In this document: positions 17,785 through 27,533 of the stretch, one piece after another | Layout of the letters: each line of letters opens with the position of its first letter | Position numbering within the stretch: position 1 is the first letter of the stretch | The notes under the pieces: generated by a model | Database searches by the model: none | What the model saw: the letters and a program-made list of their open reading frames with translations, nothing else | Told to the model about the DNA's origin: nothing | Position numbers and translations under genes: made by a program | Assembly: GCA_050012755.1 (NCBI GenBank) | Contig: JBEKGO010000030.1 | Span: 1 to 31,746 of the forward strand | From: Candidatus Bathyarchaeia archaeon | Lineage (GTDB): Archaea > Thermoproteota > Bathyarchaeia > Bathyarchaeales > Bathycorpusculaceae | Length of the DNA: 31,746 nt | Direction: 5' to 3'

Positions 17785-18264
17785 ATGTCTGGAAAAGCAG
17801 TTATTATTATGGGTTCAGAGCGGGACCTAGATTTTTCCCGAGAAATAGCAAAGTACCTTAAACTTTTGGAGGTAACTTACGAATTTCGAGTAGCATCAGC
17901 ACATAAAAGTCCAGAAAGTGTTCTTGAAATAATAAAAGAATTCCAAAACGAAAAAATAGTTTACATAACTGTTGCTGGACGCTCAAATGCTCTTAGCGCT
18001 TTTGTTGATGCAAACTCATCTAAACCTGTCATTGCATGTCCACCATACTCCGAAACCTATAGTGGAGTTGATATTTTCTCTTCTCTTCGAGTGTCGAGCG
18101 GTGTCGGTTCAGTCGTGACTATCGAGCCTGAAGGAGCAGCGATTGCCGCCGCAAAGATTTTCGCTCTAGAAGACACTGTTGCCGCGGAAACTGTCAAGGG
18201 TTACCAAGCATCAAAGAAGAAAGAGCTTGAACAAGCAAACGAATCAGTGAAGAAACTGAAGTAA
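17785..18264 (+). CDS. purE: AIR carboxylase PurE, class II-like
   Basis: IMGSERD, ASAHK, AGRSNAL and PVIACPP. Confidence 0.88.
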   Translation: MSGKAVIIMGSERDLDFSREIAKYLKLLEVTYEFRVASAHKSPESVLEIIKEFQNEKIVYITVAGRSNALSAFVDANSSKPVIACPPYSETYSGVDIFSSLRVSSGVGSVVTIEPEGAAIAAAKIFALEDTVAAETVKGYQASKKKELEQANESVKKLK

Positions 18265-18402
18265 AGCTCAACCCCAACCCCAATTTCATTTCAATCTTGA
18301 AATTTTATTGAAAATAGGTAAACATAGCGGATGCTAAGACTAAAGCGATATAAACTATAACAGAATAATTTGCTAGAATCAAAATAACTAAGGGAATTAG
18401 TC

Positions 18403-19455
18403 ATGGGCAGCGTTAAAGACCTCGAAATAATCAATCAACCAACTCTGGAAGCCATGGGTATTGGCAGATTCCACTTTTCAGATCGCTACAGCGTTTTTGA
18501 CTGGGGCGAAATGCCCGACCACATAGGAGCCAAGGGAGCAGCCCTCTGCCTTATGGGCGCTTACTGTTTTGAACAGTTAGAGAGGAAGGGTGTTAAGACT
18601 CATTATCGGGGGTTGGTGAGCGCAAACGGTAGAGCCGTCAAGCTTAGCGTCTTGAAGCAGCCTGAAAGCGTTATGGAAGTCAGTTTAGTTAATGTATACA
18701 AACCCAAAACAAGCGTAGTCAACGGAAAAGTTTTCCATGACTACAACATTTACGCAACTAGCTTGAAGAATTGTTTGATTCCCCTTGAAATAATCTACAG
18801 AAATGGCCTGCCAGAAGGCTCATCTGTTTTCAAGCGACTTGAACAAGGAAAAATAACTTTCAAAGATTTAGGTTTAGATCACTACCCCAAACCAGGAGAG
18901 CAACTTGCGAAGCCGATATTTGATGTGAGCACAAAACTTGAAGAAACCGACCGCTATGTCACATGGCAGGAAGCCAAGAAAATAGCTGGTTTAGATGACC
19001 AAGAATTAGCCGACATCACCGACGTTTTGGTTAAAGCAGATGAAACCATAACCGAAATGGCTTCAAAAGCAGGTCTAAAGAATGAAGATGGCAAAATAGA
19101 GTTAGCCTTCGACGAAAACAGGGGCCTCATGGTAGTCGACGTCGTCGGAACTCTTGACGAATGCAGATTCACCTATGATGGGATGCATGTAAGCAAAGAA
19201 ATTGCAAGGCAATTCTACAAGAAAACAGAATGGTACAATGATTTGGAACGAGCAAAGAAAGACGCTGAATCGAAAGGCATACAGGATTGGAAGTCACTAT
19301 GTAAGTCGCAGCCTCCAAAATTAGACCCTAAACTTAAAACAATCATTAGTGAAATGTACATGGCAGCGGCAAATGAAATGGCGGGTCACAAACTGTTTAA
19401 TGCGCCCTTGCTTGCGGATGTAATAGTCAAATATAAAAATTACATGAAGGAATAG
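18403..19455 (+). CDS. purC: SAICAR synthetase (long archaeal form)
   Basis: GSVKD, FSDRYSVFD, IPLEIIYRN, STKLE, DGKIE and DVVGTLDECRF. Confidence 0.92.
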   Translation: MGSVKDLEIINQPTLEAMGIGRFHFSDRYSVFDWGEMPDHIGAKGAALCLMGAYCFEQLERKGVKTHYRGLVSANGRAVKLSVLKQPESVMEVSLVNVYKPKTSVVNGKVFHDYNIYATSLKNCLIPLEIIYRNGLPEGSSVFKRLEQGKITFKDLGLDHYPKPGEQLAKPIFDVSTKLEETDRYVTWQEAKKIAGLDDQELADITDVLVKADETITEMASKAGLKNEDGKIELAFDENRGLMVVDVVGTLDECRFTYDGMHVSKEIARQFYKKTEWYNDLERAKKDAESKGIQDWKSLCKSQPPKLDPKLKTIISEMYMAAANEMAGHKLFNAPLLADVIVKYKNYMKE

Positions 19456-19457
19456 CC

Positions 19458-20555
19458 GTGTTAACCGAAAAAATTAAACAAGTAATAAAAAAATACAAAA
19501 CCAAAGAGATTCGCATAGGTGTTTTAGGCTCACATTCAGCACTTGAAATTGCTTCAGGCGCAAAACAGGAAGGTTATGAAACTGTTGTCGTATGCCAAAA
19601 AGGCAGAGATAAAACCTATACAAAATATTACAAAAACGTTTTTGATCATGTACTTATGCTGGACAGGTTCTCGGAGATAACAAGCGGGGCAAACGTTAAG
19701 AAACTTGTTGAGTTGAACACCATTTTTGTTCCTAACCGCTCATTTTCAGTTTATGCTGGTTATAAGGACATAGAGAACCAGTTTGCTGTACCATTAATGG
19801 GAAACCGATCAATGCTGCGAACCGAAGAGCGCAATACACCCAGAAACCAGCTTTACCTGCTTCAAAAAGCTGGAATAGCAACGCCTCAAACCTTCAAGTC
19901 ACCAAGCGAAATTGACCGACTAGCAATTGTAAAAGTTCCAGAAAGAGAACGAGCCATTGAACGAGCATTTTTCTACGCTTCTTCCCCTGAAGAGTACGAA
20001 AAAACGGCGCAAAAACGCATAAAACAAGGTATAATCACCGCTGAAGCGCTGAAAAACTCAGTTATAGAAGAGTATGTTATCGGCGCCAAATTCAACGCCA
20101 ACCTGTTTTGGTCACCTTTAACTGATGAAATTGACCTCTTGGGCTTTGATAGGCGCATTCAAACAGACCTCGACGGCATCTTAGACCTACCTGCTCAAGA
20201 ACAGCTAGAGCTAAACATTCCAACTCAAAACATAGAAATCGGACACATGGGCGCAACTATGCGTGAGAGCCAAATAGAAAAAATCTTTGTTGCAGCAGAA
20301 AAATTCGTTAACACTTGCAAAAAAGAGTACCCGCCGGGAATGCTGGGCTTGTTCGCGCTTCAAGGCGCTATTACGAAGGATTTGAAGTTCTATGTTTTCG
20401 ATGTTAGCCCCCGAGTTCCAGGCTGCCCCTGTGTTGAGCCTACTTCGCCTTACATGAAGTACAAGTATGGTATGGAAGTCGGTCCAGGCAGACGTGTTGC
20501 TATGGAAGTCAAACGTGCAGTTAAAGAGGGCAGACTTGCGGAAGTAGTAACATGA
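19458..20555 (+). CDS. PurP-family ATP-grasp protein, divergent paralogue
   Basis: LGSHSAL, VPNRSF, GNR and DRRIQ. Visibly paralogous to the next gene. Confidence 0.85.
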   Translation: MLTEKIKQVIKKYKTKEIRIGVLGSHSALEIASGAKQEGYETVVVCQKGRDKTYTKYYKNVFDHVLMLDRFSEITSGANVKKLVELNTIFVPNRSFSVYAGYKDIENQFAVPLMGNRSMLRTEERNTPRNQLYLLQKAGIATPQTFKSPSEIDRLAIVKVPERERAIERAFFYASSPEEYEKTAQKRIKQGIITAEALKNSVIEEYVIGAKFNANLFWSPLTDEIDLLGFDRRIQTDLDGILDLPAQEQLELNIPTQNIEIGHMGATMRESQIEKIFVAAEKFVNTCKKEYPPGMLGLFALQGAITKDLKFYVFDVSPRVPGCPCVEPTSPYMKYKYGMEVGPGRRVAMEVKRAVKEGRLAEVVT

Positions 20556-21637
20556 TAACCAACCAAGACATCTGCAAAATAATCGAGCAATATGACCAGA
20601 AAAAACTGGCCATAGGTACGTTGGGCTCACACAGTTCCCTGAACATTTTCAAAGGTGCCAAAGAAGAGGGCTTTCGCACGGTTTGCATCTGCAAAGAAAA
20701 AGACGCCATAATGTACAAGAAATACCCTCTCGTAGACGAATTAATCATTGTTAAGGACTTCACTGAACTCCTAAACGAGAAAATGCAGGATAAACTGCGT
20801 AAGCTAAATGTGGTTTTGGTTCCACACGGTTCATTCACAGCATATCTTAGCACCGAACAGTTAACGGACAGCCTTTTGGTGCCAATGTTTGGAAACCGCC
20901 AGCTCCTCCATTGGGAGGCAAACCGCAAATCCCAAGAAGAATGGCTACGCCAAGCAGGACTCCGTTTACCGGCAACTTTCAAAACTCCTGAAGACATAGA
21001 CCGCTTAGTCATCGCCAAGCTGCCAGGAGCCAAAGGCGGAAGAGGCTACTTTTTAGCTAACTCACCCAAAGCCTTCTACAAAAAATTCAAAGAACTGGTT
21101 CAACGAGGTTTGCTAAAAGAAACGGATTTGGCAGGTATTCACTTGCAAGAATATGCCCTTGGCGTTAACGTTTACCCCAGCTACTTCAGCTCAATCATAA
21201 ATGATGACGTAGAGTTGCTGGCAATGGATAGGCGCTATGAATCGGCTGTGGATTCAATTGGAAAAATTCCAGCAGCCGAACAGCTTGAAATAGAGGTTAA
21301 TCCCACGTACACAGTGGTCGGCAACTTTCCTATAGTTCTCCGTGAATCTCTGCTGCCTGAAATGATGCGCATGGGAGACAGCGTACACAAAAAAGCCAAG
21401 GAGCTTGCGCCGCCAGGAATCATTGGCCCATTCTGCCTAGAAACCGTTATTACTGATGACTTGAAAATTTTCGCCTTCGAAATCTCAGCCCGCATCGTTG
21501 CAGGAACAAACGTCGGCATTGGCACATCGCCCTACGCTTACTTGAAATACGGTGAGAACATGTACATGGGCAGACGCATAGCTGTAGAAATAAAACAAGC
21601 AATTCAACAGAAGAGACTGCCCGACATTTTAGCTTAA
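20552..21637 (+). CDS. purP: FAICAR synthetase (formate-dependent, ATP-grasp)
   Basis: LGSHSSL, VPHGSF, GAKGGRGYF, DRRYES, GPFCLE and EISARIVAGTN. Confidence 0.9.
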   Translation: MITNQDICKIIEQYDQKKLAIGTLGSHSSLNIFKGAKEEGFRTVCICKEKDAIMYKKYPLVDELIIVKDFTELLNEKMQDKLRKLNVVLVPHGSFTAYLSTEQLTDSLLVPMFGNRQLLHWEANRKSQEEWLRQAGLRLPATFKTPEDIDRLVIAKLPGAKGGRGYFLANSPKAFYKKFKELVQRGLLKETDLAGIHLQEYALGVNVYPSYFSSIINDDVELLAMDRRYESAVDSIGKIPAAEQLEIEVNPTYTVVGNFPIVLRESLLPEMMRMGDSVHKKAKELAPPGIIGPFCLETVITDDLKIFAFEISARIVAGTNVGIGTSPYAYLKYGENMYMGRRIAVEIKQAIQQKRLPDILA

Positions 21638-21644
21638 ATATTTC

Positions 21645-22415
21645 CTAAGAAAAGCAAAACTTAAGTAAACTCTCAAAGTTCTCTCTGGTTTTGTTTTTCT
21701 TGTAAGCTTTCAACACAGCAATCAATTCTAATCTATTTTTTTCTCCAAAAATCTCATCTAAGATTTTTGCAGCAGAGCTGTTTCCGCCAAAAAGATACTG
21801 ACAAACTGCCGTAACATTTGCCACTCTCCGTTGTAAGCTGGCGGTTTCAAAATCTACAATGAAGGTTTTTTTAGCTTTGTCAACAAGCAAGTGTTTAGGC
21901 GCTTTGCTGAGTTCGCCATGATCCAAACCGACTTGATCCAGCTTATAGCATTGTTCTAAAATTTGTCCCAAAACTTGCTTCACAGCATCTTTGTCTTTGT
22001 TAGTTTTTAACCAATTGGGCAGCAAGTCGCCATCTATTAGCTGCATAAGAAGGAAGTTTTTGCTGGCTGCAATTAGTTTCGGAGCTGCATCCACAGAATT
22101 CGCCTTGGACAACATAGCTGCTTCATGAAGGAGGTCGGCTCGGTCTGCGTCTGCCCTTCGGATTTTGACAGCTACTCTTTGACCATTCAAATGTGCGATT
22201 ACTACAATGCCGACAAAACCCTTGCCCAAAACTGGAACCGCAACACCAAACACGCTGGCTGCCCCCGAAAACTCTAAAGCCGACACGCCGTGGCTACGCA
22301 GTTCTATCAGGCGACTTTGCGCTTCAACTTCGTTGGCATTTGGGAAACACAGAACCGAAGCGTAAGGCTCTTGGATCAGTTGGTCAACTGGGACGATTAT
22401 GTGCGACGCTTTCAC
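21645..22415 (-). CDS. Atypical archaeal Ser/Thr protein kinase
   Basis: LGKGFVGIV, VAVK, HGELS and IVDFE. Confidence 0.85.
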   Translation of the reverse strand: MKASHIIVPVDQLIQEPYASVLCFPNANEVEAQSRLIELRSHGVSALEFSGAASVFGVAVPVLGKGFVGIVVIAHLNGQRVAVKIRRADADRADLLHEAAMLSKANSVDAAPKLIAASKNFLLMQLIDGDLLPNWLKTNKDKDAVKQVLGQILEQCYKLDQVGLDHGELSKAPKHLLVDKAKKTFIVDFETASLQRRVANVTAVCQYLFGGNSSAAKILDEIFGEKNRLELIAVLKAYKKNKTRENFESLLKFCFS

Positions 22416-22568
22416 TTTCGGTTCCTTCTGAAGTGATGACTACTGCGTTGTCGAGATTATAAATTTAATATTTGGTAATGTGAAGAATCAACTATTCGAA
22501 TGAGGAGGTTTTCAGTTAGCAAAAAGCTATTATCTCTAATATTTTAAGTTCCTATGTGGTGCACGGTA

Positions 22569-23027
22569 TTGCCGAAAACTCTTCTTATCGTATACTTCTC
22601 TAATACTGTTAAAACTGAGAAAATGGCTTTGCAAATAGCAAAAGGCGCCGAGGCTGCAGGTGCAAACGCGATTTTGAAAAAAGTTGAAGACTGCGCTCTG
22701 GACGACTTAGCCAAAGCTGATGGCTTATCCGTAGGTTCCCCAACATACTATAGCAATATATCGTGGCCAATGAAGAGGTTTTTGGATGAAACAATGCTTG
22801 CTTTCTACACAAAGGGGCATTCACTTAGAAGCAAAGTGTGCGGCTGCTTCACATCCACTGGAGCATACAATGATGGACAGGAGTGCCTCAAAATGTTGGA
22901 GCTAGCTTTTGGAGTTGCTTTGAAGATGAAGATTATTCCTGGAATAATACTTGAATCTAAAGACGTGGACGAAGGTAATTTGTCGGCATGTTTTGAATTT
23001 GGGCAACACGTATCGGAACTAATGTAA
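22569..23027 (+). CDS. Flavodoxin / WrbA-like protein
   Basis: YFSNTVKTEKMA, ADGLSVGSPTYY and FTSTG. Probable TTG start at 22569. Confidence 0.82.
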   Translation: MPKTLLIVYFSNTVKTEKMALQIAKGAEAAGANAILKKVEDCALDDLAKADGLSVGSPTYYSNISWPMKRFLDETMLAFYTKGHSLRSKVCGCFTSTGAYNDGQECLKMLELAFGVALKMKIIPGIILESKDVDEGNLSACFEFGQHVSELM

Positions 23028-23091
23028 TCTATATAATTTTTTGTGTTTTTAAGTACGAATTACTATAAGCTGCGAAGCATTATGCCTTAGA

Positions 23092-23289
23092 ATGGAACCT
23101 AATCAGCAAAGAAGCCAAATCAAACCTGGCACACATGTGAAAATCGTTTTGAAGCAAGACCAGCGAAGCGGTAAGTTAACCGAAGGTGTTGTCAAGGATA
23201 TCCTCACCAACAGTTCAACTCATCCTCACGGAATCAAGGTGCGGCTTACAAACGGCAAAGTCGGCAGAGTACGAATAGTAATAAAATAA
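23092..23289 (+). CDS. YwbE family small protein
   Basis: IVLKQDQRSGKLTEGVVKDILT and HPHGIKVRL..GRV. Confidence 0.9.
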   Translation: MEPNQQRSQIKPGTHVKIVLKQDQRSGKLTEGVVKDILTNSSTHPHGIKVRLTNGKVGRVRIVIK

Positions 23290-23309
23290 TGTGTCATCTT
23301 TGCACAGCT

Positions 23310-23432
23310 TCAACTGACATATTCTTTTTGTTTATATTTAGTTTCTATTCCATTAAGTGTTAAAGCCGCTTCAAATATGATTGCATCTACGTTGTCAAAG
23401 CCTTGTTTCACAGCAACTTTTATTTGAACCAA
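23310..23432 (-). CDS. Small 40-aa protein absent from the ORF track
   Basis: GGTGA SD, 6 nt, then TTG. Translation is MVQIKVAVKQGFDNVDAIIFEAALTLNGIETKYKQKEYVS*. Confidence 0.5.
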   Translation of the reverse strand: MVQIKVAVKQGFDNVDAIIFEAALTLNGIETKYKQKEYVS

Positions 23433-23657
23433 ATTCTCTCACCAAAAGGCGAAAACCACTCTCTGCGATACCCTTAAGATTCAAAAATGAAGAGAAATCG
23501 CATCCTTGGGCTGGATTGCCACTATAATGTTTTCTCAAGACTCCTAATATTCTTATGTGATTTACTGTGTACAACAACAAACAAGACAGCGGCTACTTTT
23601 TGGGTTATAAATTTAATAGGACGACGTCATTATTGGGATTCTGTTTGTGTATTAGCC

Positions 23658-25763
23658 ATGCCGAGATTCAAGCAGATAGCGCAGATACAACAGCTCATGG
23701 GCAAAAAAGAGATAATTCGAAATATAGGCATAATTGCACATATTGACCATGGAAAAACCACGCTTGCCGACTCCTTGTTAGCTGGGGCAGGTCTGCTTTC
23801 AACTGCGATGGCCGGTCAAGCTCGAGTGCTAGATTATCTCGAGGAAGAGCAGAAACGAAAAATCACGATAAAAACAGCCAACATAACGCTTCTTTATGAA
23901 ACCGTAGACACACCTTACGTAATTAATCTTGTGGATACTCCAGGGCATGTAGATTTCACTGGCAAAGTTACCCGAGCCCTGCGCGTTATTGACGGTGCCA
24001 TAGTGGTTGTGGATGCGGTAGAAGAGATCATGGCTCAAACCGAAATTGTAACACGCCAAGCACTTGAAGAACGGGTCCGACCAGTACTTTTCATCAACAA
24101 AGTTGACCGGTTAATAACTGAGCTGCATCTGAACGAGGAGCAAATCCAAAAGAAACTCGACCACATAATCAGCGGCTTCAACGACCTCATTGAACTCTAC
24201 TGTGAAGAGCCCTTCAAGAATCGATGGAAAATTGATGCTTCGTTGGGCAACGTGGCTTTTGGAGCAGCACTGCATGGTTGGGGCTTCACGGTAAACATGG
24301 CAAAGCAGAATGGGTTAAAGTTTTCAGACATCATTCAAATCTACGAAAAAGGTGAAGAAGAGAAACTCGCAAAGACGTTGCCCGTTTACGAAGCAGTATT
24401 TGAAATGACAATCAAGAAGCTTCCAAATCCGAAAGACGCACAAGCATACAGGATAGAGGAGATTTGGGATGGGCATGTCGGCTCGCCGATTAGTAAGGCA
24501 TTGACTGAATGCAGTGACGACGGACCAGCCGTCTTTTGCGTAACAAACGTGCACTCTGATTTAAACGGCGGCTCTGTTGCAACGGGCAGGCTGTTTTCAG
24601 GAAAAGTACAGAAAGGCGACAAATTGCATCTTGTAGATGCTTTAACTGAAACGGTTGTTGAGCAAGTAGCTATTGATATGGGTTCTCTTAGAGAGGAAGT
24701 CGTGTCTGTGTCAGCAGGTAACTTGGCATCTTTAACTTTGAAAGGTGACGTAAAAGCTGGCGAAACCCTTGTTGATGTAGACCATAAGGCTGATATGGTT
24801 CCTTTTGAAGGCATATGCTACGTTTCCGAGCCTGTAGTAACTTTGGCGATTGAACCCAAAAAACCACAAGATATTCCTGTTTTGCTTGAGGGCTTGAAGA
24901 AGCTTGCCAGTGAAGATCCAAACCTAAAAGTTGCGGCTGACAAGGGAACGGGCGAGTACCTCCTCAGTGGCATGGGTGAATTGCATTTAGCAGTCGCCCT
25001 CAACGAGCTCAAAAAGCTATGCGGCTTGGAAGTTGAAGTTTCTCCGCCTAGAGTCGTCTACATGGAAAGTGTAGAGAAAAATGGCATAGTTGCTTTGGCG
25101 AAGAGCCCAAACAAACAGAGTAGTTTCTGGGTTCAAGCGGCGCCTGATGGGCGAGAAATTGAAAAGTCAGGGAGAATTCTTGCGATTGATGAGCATCGGA
25201 ATCTGCTTTTAGATTGCAAAGGCAAGACGGAGCCTGTTTCTGAGGAAGTTTTAGAAGCTATTATTGGCGGCTTTGAATTTGCCTGCAAGGCTGGTCCACT
25301 ATGCGGTGAACCAGTGCGCCATTTGAAGGTTGATCTAGTTGATTTGCAGTTAAGCGAGGAATTCAATTCCAAAGAGGTTATGCGTAGCGTTGGCAAGGCA
25401 ATTTTCGGTTCTTTCTTGACAGCCCAGCCAATCTTGCTGGAACCCATTTACAAAATAGTAATCACCGTCGCATCCGAATTGACAAGTGAAACTTCACGAA
25501 TACTTTGCAGCAGACGCGGCAAAGTTACTTCATTTGAGCAAAAAGGGCTTCTGTCAGTAATCAGCGGCTTTATACCAGTTTCTGAAACCTTCGGTTTCTC
25601 CAAGGAGTTGCGTACTACAACTTCAGGCAGAGCTTTTTGGCAATCATTTTTCGACCACTGGGAAAAAATGCCTCAAAAATTAAGTTTGCAAGTAATAAGT
25701 GATTTACGCCAACATAAAGGTCTCTCGCCAGAAGTGCCTAAACCTGAAAAGTTTGCGGAGTAG
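23658..25763 (+). CDS. Elongation factor 2 paralogue (aEF-2p-like), 701 aa
   Basis: RNIGIIAHIDHGKTT, DTPGHVDF, NKVD, SGMGELHL, GPLCGEP and LLEP. No HRG diphthamide motif. Start at ATG 23658. Confidence 0.9.
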   Translation: MPRFKQIAQIQQLMGKKEIIRNIGIIAHIDHGKTTLADSLLAGAGLLSTAMAGQARVLDYLEEEQKRKITIKTANITLLYETVDTPYVINLVDTPGHVDFTGKVTRALRVIDGAIVVVDAVEEIMAQTEIVTRQALEERVRPVLFINKVDRLITELHLNEEQIQKKLDHIISGFNDLIELYCEEPFKNRWKIDASLGNVAFGAALHGWGFTVNMAKQNGLKFSDIIQIYEKGEEEKLAKTLPVYEAVFEMTIKKLPNPKDAQAYRIEEIWDGHVGSPISKALTECSDDGPAVFCVTNVHSDLNGGSVATGRLFSGKVQKGDKLHLVDALTETVVEQVAIDMGSLREEVVSVSAGNLASLTLKGDVKAGETLVDVDHKADMVPFEGICYVSEPVVTLAIEPKKPQDIPVLLEGLKKLASEDPNLKVAADKGTGEYLLSGMGELHLAVALNELKKLCGLEVEVSPPRVVYMESVEKNGIVALAKSPNKQSSFWVQAAPDGREIEKSGRILAIDEHRNLLLDCKGKTEPVSEEVLEAIIGGFEFACKAGPLCGEPVRHLKVDLVDLQLSEEFNSKEVMRSVGKAIFGSFLTAQPILLEPIYKIVITVASELTSETSRILCSRRGKVTSFEQKGLLSVISGFIPVSETFGFSKELRTTTSGRAFWQSFFDHWEKMPQKLSLQVISDLRQHKGLSPEVPKPEKFAE

Positions 25764-25768
25764 TATTA

Positions 25769-26629
25769 TTGCGGCTTAATGTTTCGTTTGACTTGGATTT
25801 TTCGCTTTGCTGTGGTCAAGTTTTTAGGTGGAAGAAAATTGGCGGTTGGTGGTATGGTGTTGTGGGAGAGAATGTGTTTAAGATTCGTCAATGCGGCGCT
25901 GATTTAGAATTTGTTAACGTGGGCAATGATTTTGTTGCGCATTATTTTGGTTTAAGTGATGATTTAGAACAAATTAGCCGTTGCATCGACAAAGACGATT
26001 ACATTGGGCAGGCTTTGCGCCGGTTTGAAGGATTGCGGATCGTTCGCCAACTGCCGTGGGAATGCCTCATCAGTTTCATCTGTGCAACCTACAAGAGCAT
26101 AGCAGCCATAGAGCTAATGCTAAGGAAACTGTCCATCAAATTTGGGGAAAAAAAAGTTTTTGAAGGATTAGACTTTTACACTTTCCCAACCGCTGAGAAG
26201 CTGGCGTTTGCAAGCGAGAACGGTTTGCGGGAGTGCGGTTTAGGTTACAGGGCCAAGTATGTGCAGGCAACGGCAAAAAAAATCTGCGAACAAAAAATTG
26301 ACCTTGAAAGCTTGAAAAGCTTGCATTATTTAGACGCAAGGAAAAAACTTGTGGAGTTTCCAGGCGTGGGGTTGAAAGTTGCTGATTGCGTGCTGCTTTT
26401 TTCGCTTGAAAAATTGGAGGCTTTTCCTGTTGATGTTTGGGTAAAACGCATAATTCTAAATCATTATGCAGATCAGCTTCCAGAACTATTTGTAAAGAAG
26501 CTTTCCAGCCACGATTCTTTGACAAATGGTGAATACGAAAAGATTAACGCTTTTGGCAGGAGCTACTTTGGGCGGTACGCTGGTTATGCTCAAGAATACC
26601 TCTTTCACTACGAAAGAACACAGATTTGA
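25769..26629 (+). CDS. 8-oxoguanine DNA glycosylase, OGG1 type
   Basis: CGQVFRW, GLRIVRQ.PWECLISFI, GLGYRAKY, HhH motif PGVGLKVADC, FPVDVW and GYAQEYLF. Confidence 0.9.
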   Translation: MRLNVSFDLDFSLCCGQVFRWKKIGGWWYGVVGENVFKIRQCGADLEFVNVGNDFVAHYFGLSDDLEQISRCIDKDDYIGQALRRFEGLRIVRQLPWECLISFICATYKSIAAIELMLRKLSIKFGEKKVFEGLDFYTFPTAEKLAFASENGLRECGLGYRAKYVQATAKKICEQKIDLESLKSLHYLDARKKLVEFPGVGLKVADCVLLFSLEKLEAFPVDVWVKRIILNHYADQLPELFVKKLSSHDSLTNGEYEKINAFGRSYFGRYAGYAQEYLFHYERTQI

Positions 26630-26705
26630 ATCGCAGGGCTGATTGATGGAAATGCGGAAAATGTTTAAATGTTGTATGAAACAGCAGTATTAAGAGCAGA
26701 GCAAA

Positions 26706-26784
<79 letters not shown>

Positions 26785-26843
26785 CTAAACTCTTAGAGCA
26801 GCTGCAGATGGGGGAAGCTAACTCGCAACAAAATCACAAAAAC

Positions 26844-27329
26844 ATGATGGCTGAATCTGTCAATCGTCATCAGTTTTCAATCGGTTTGTTGCTGGTGTTT
26901 TTCGGAGTAGCTGACTTATGGTTTGTTGTACCAAACATGTATGCTGGTTTGGTGGGAGATTGGCATGTCGATTGGCGTTCTTTAAACTTGAACAAGCCAC
27001 TATGGAGCTTTACAGTCCCTCTCCTTCTTATCATAACCCTAATTGGAACCTTAATGCTAAGCCTGTACTGCATAAAGGGCATTCAACCGGAAAGCAAAGA
27101 CAATAAACAAAATGCAGCAATATTGGTAACCGCTCTCGGGTTCACTTATCAAGTGATTGGGGCATGGCCACTATGGAATCAATGGTATCCATGGCAGTGG
27201 CAGGCGGAAATTGCAAGGTACGGCAACTGGCTTGTTTTTCCACTTTTCATCGGCAGCCTTACTGCACTAATAATCGGTGGCGCCTCTTTGTGCATTCACA
27301 GCAACATATACCACAAAAAAGCAGCTTGA
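26844..27329 (+). CDS. Hypothetical Trp-rich integral membrane protein (about 4 TM)
   Basis: Four hydrophobic segments. The start was moved to ATG 26844/26847 because the ORF-track start overlaps the tRNA. Confidence 0.75.
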   Translation: MMAESVNRHQFSIGLLLVFFGVADLWFVVPNMYAGLVGDWHVDWRSLNLNKPLWSFTVPLLLIITLIGTLMLSLYCIKGIQPESKDNKQNAAILVTALGFTYQVIGAWPLWNQWYPWQWQAEIARYGNWLVFPLFIGSLTALIIGGASLCIHSNIYHKKAA

Positions 27330-27533
27330 CACCTGAATAACCCAAAGTTAACCAATCCTTACTGGAAAAAATTCAGAGAAAAAATGGAGACATAGTCTGC
27401 CTTAACCTTGACTGCTGGCGCAACTCTGATGACTGGATCTCCATTACCGTCGTAGTCAACCGAGAGGCCTATTCTGTCTCTGTATTAAGCACCAACTGAA
27501 CCGCGGCAAGAATCTTTTTGTTGCCCAATTGTG

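Noticed and set aside
21905-21925. Kinase catalytic loop HGEL instead of HGDL, suggesting a pseudokinase
   Set aside because: As I recall, HGEL is normal for this archaeal kinase family, and the other motifs are intact.
22430-22470. GTGATGA as the C box of a C/D sRNA
   Set aside because: No suitably spaced D box was found, and the region is explained as the kinase promoter on the other strand.
23487-23657. 57-aa N-terminal extension of the EF-2 paralogue
   Set aside because: EF-2 similarity begins at MPRFK, and a TATA box lies inside the extension near 23605.
27424-27470. CTGATGA as a hammerhead ribozyme core
   Set aside because: No stem II followed by GAAA.
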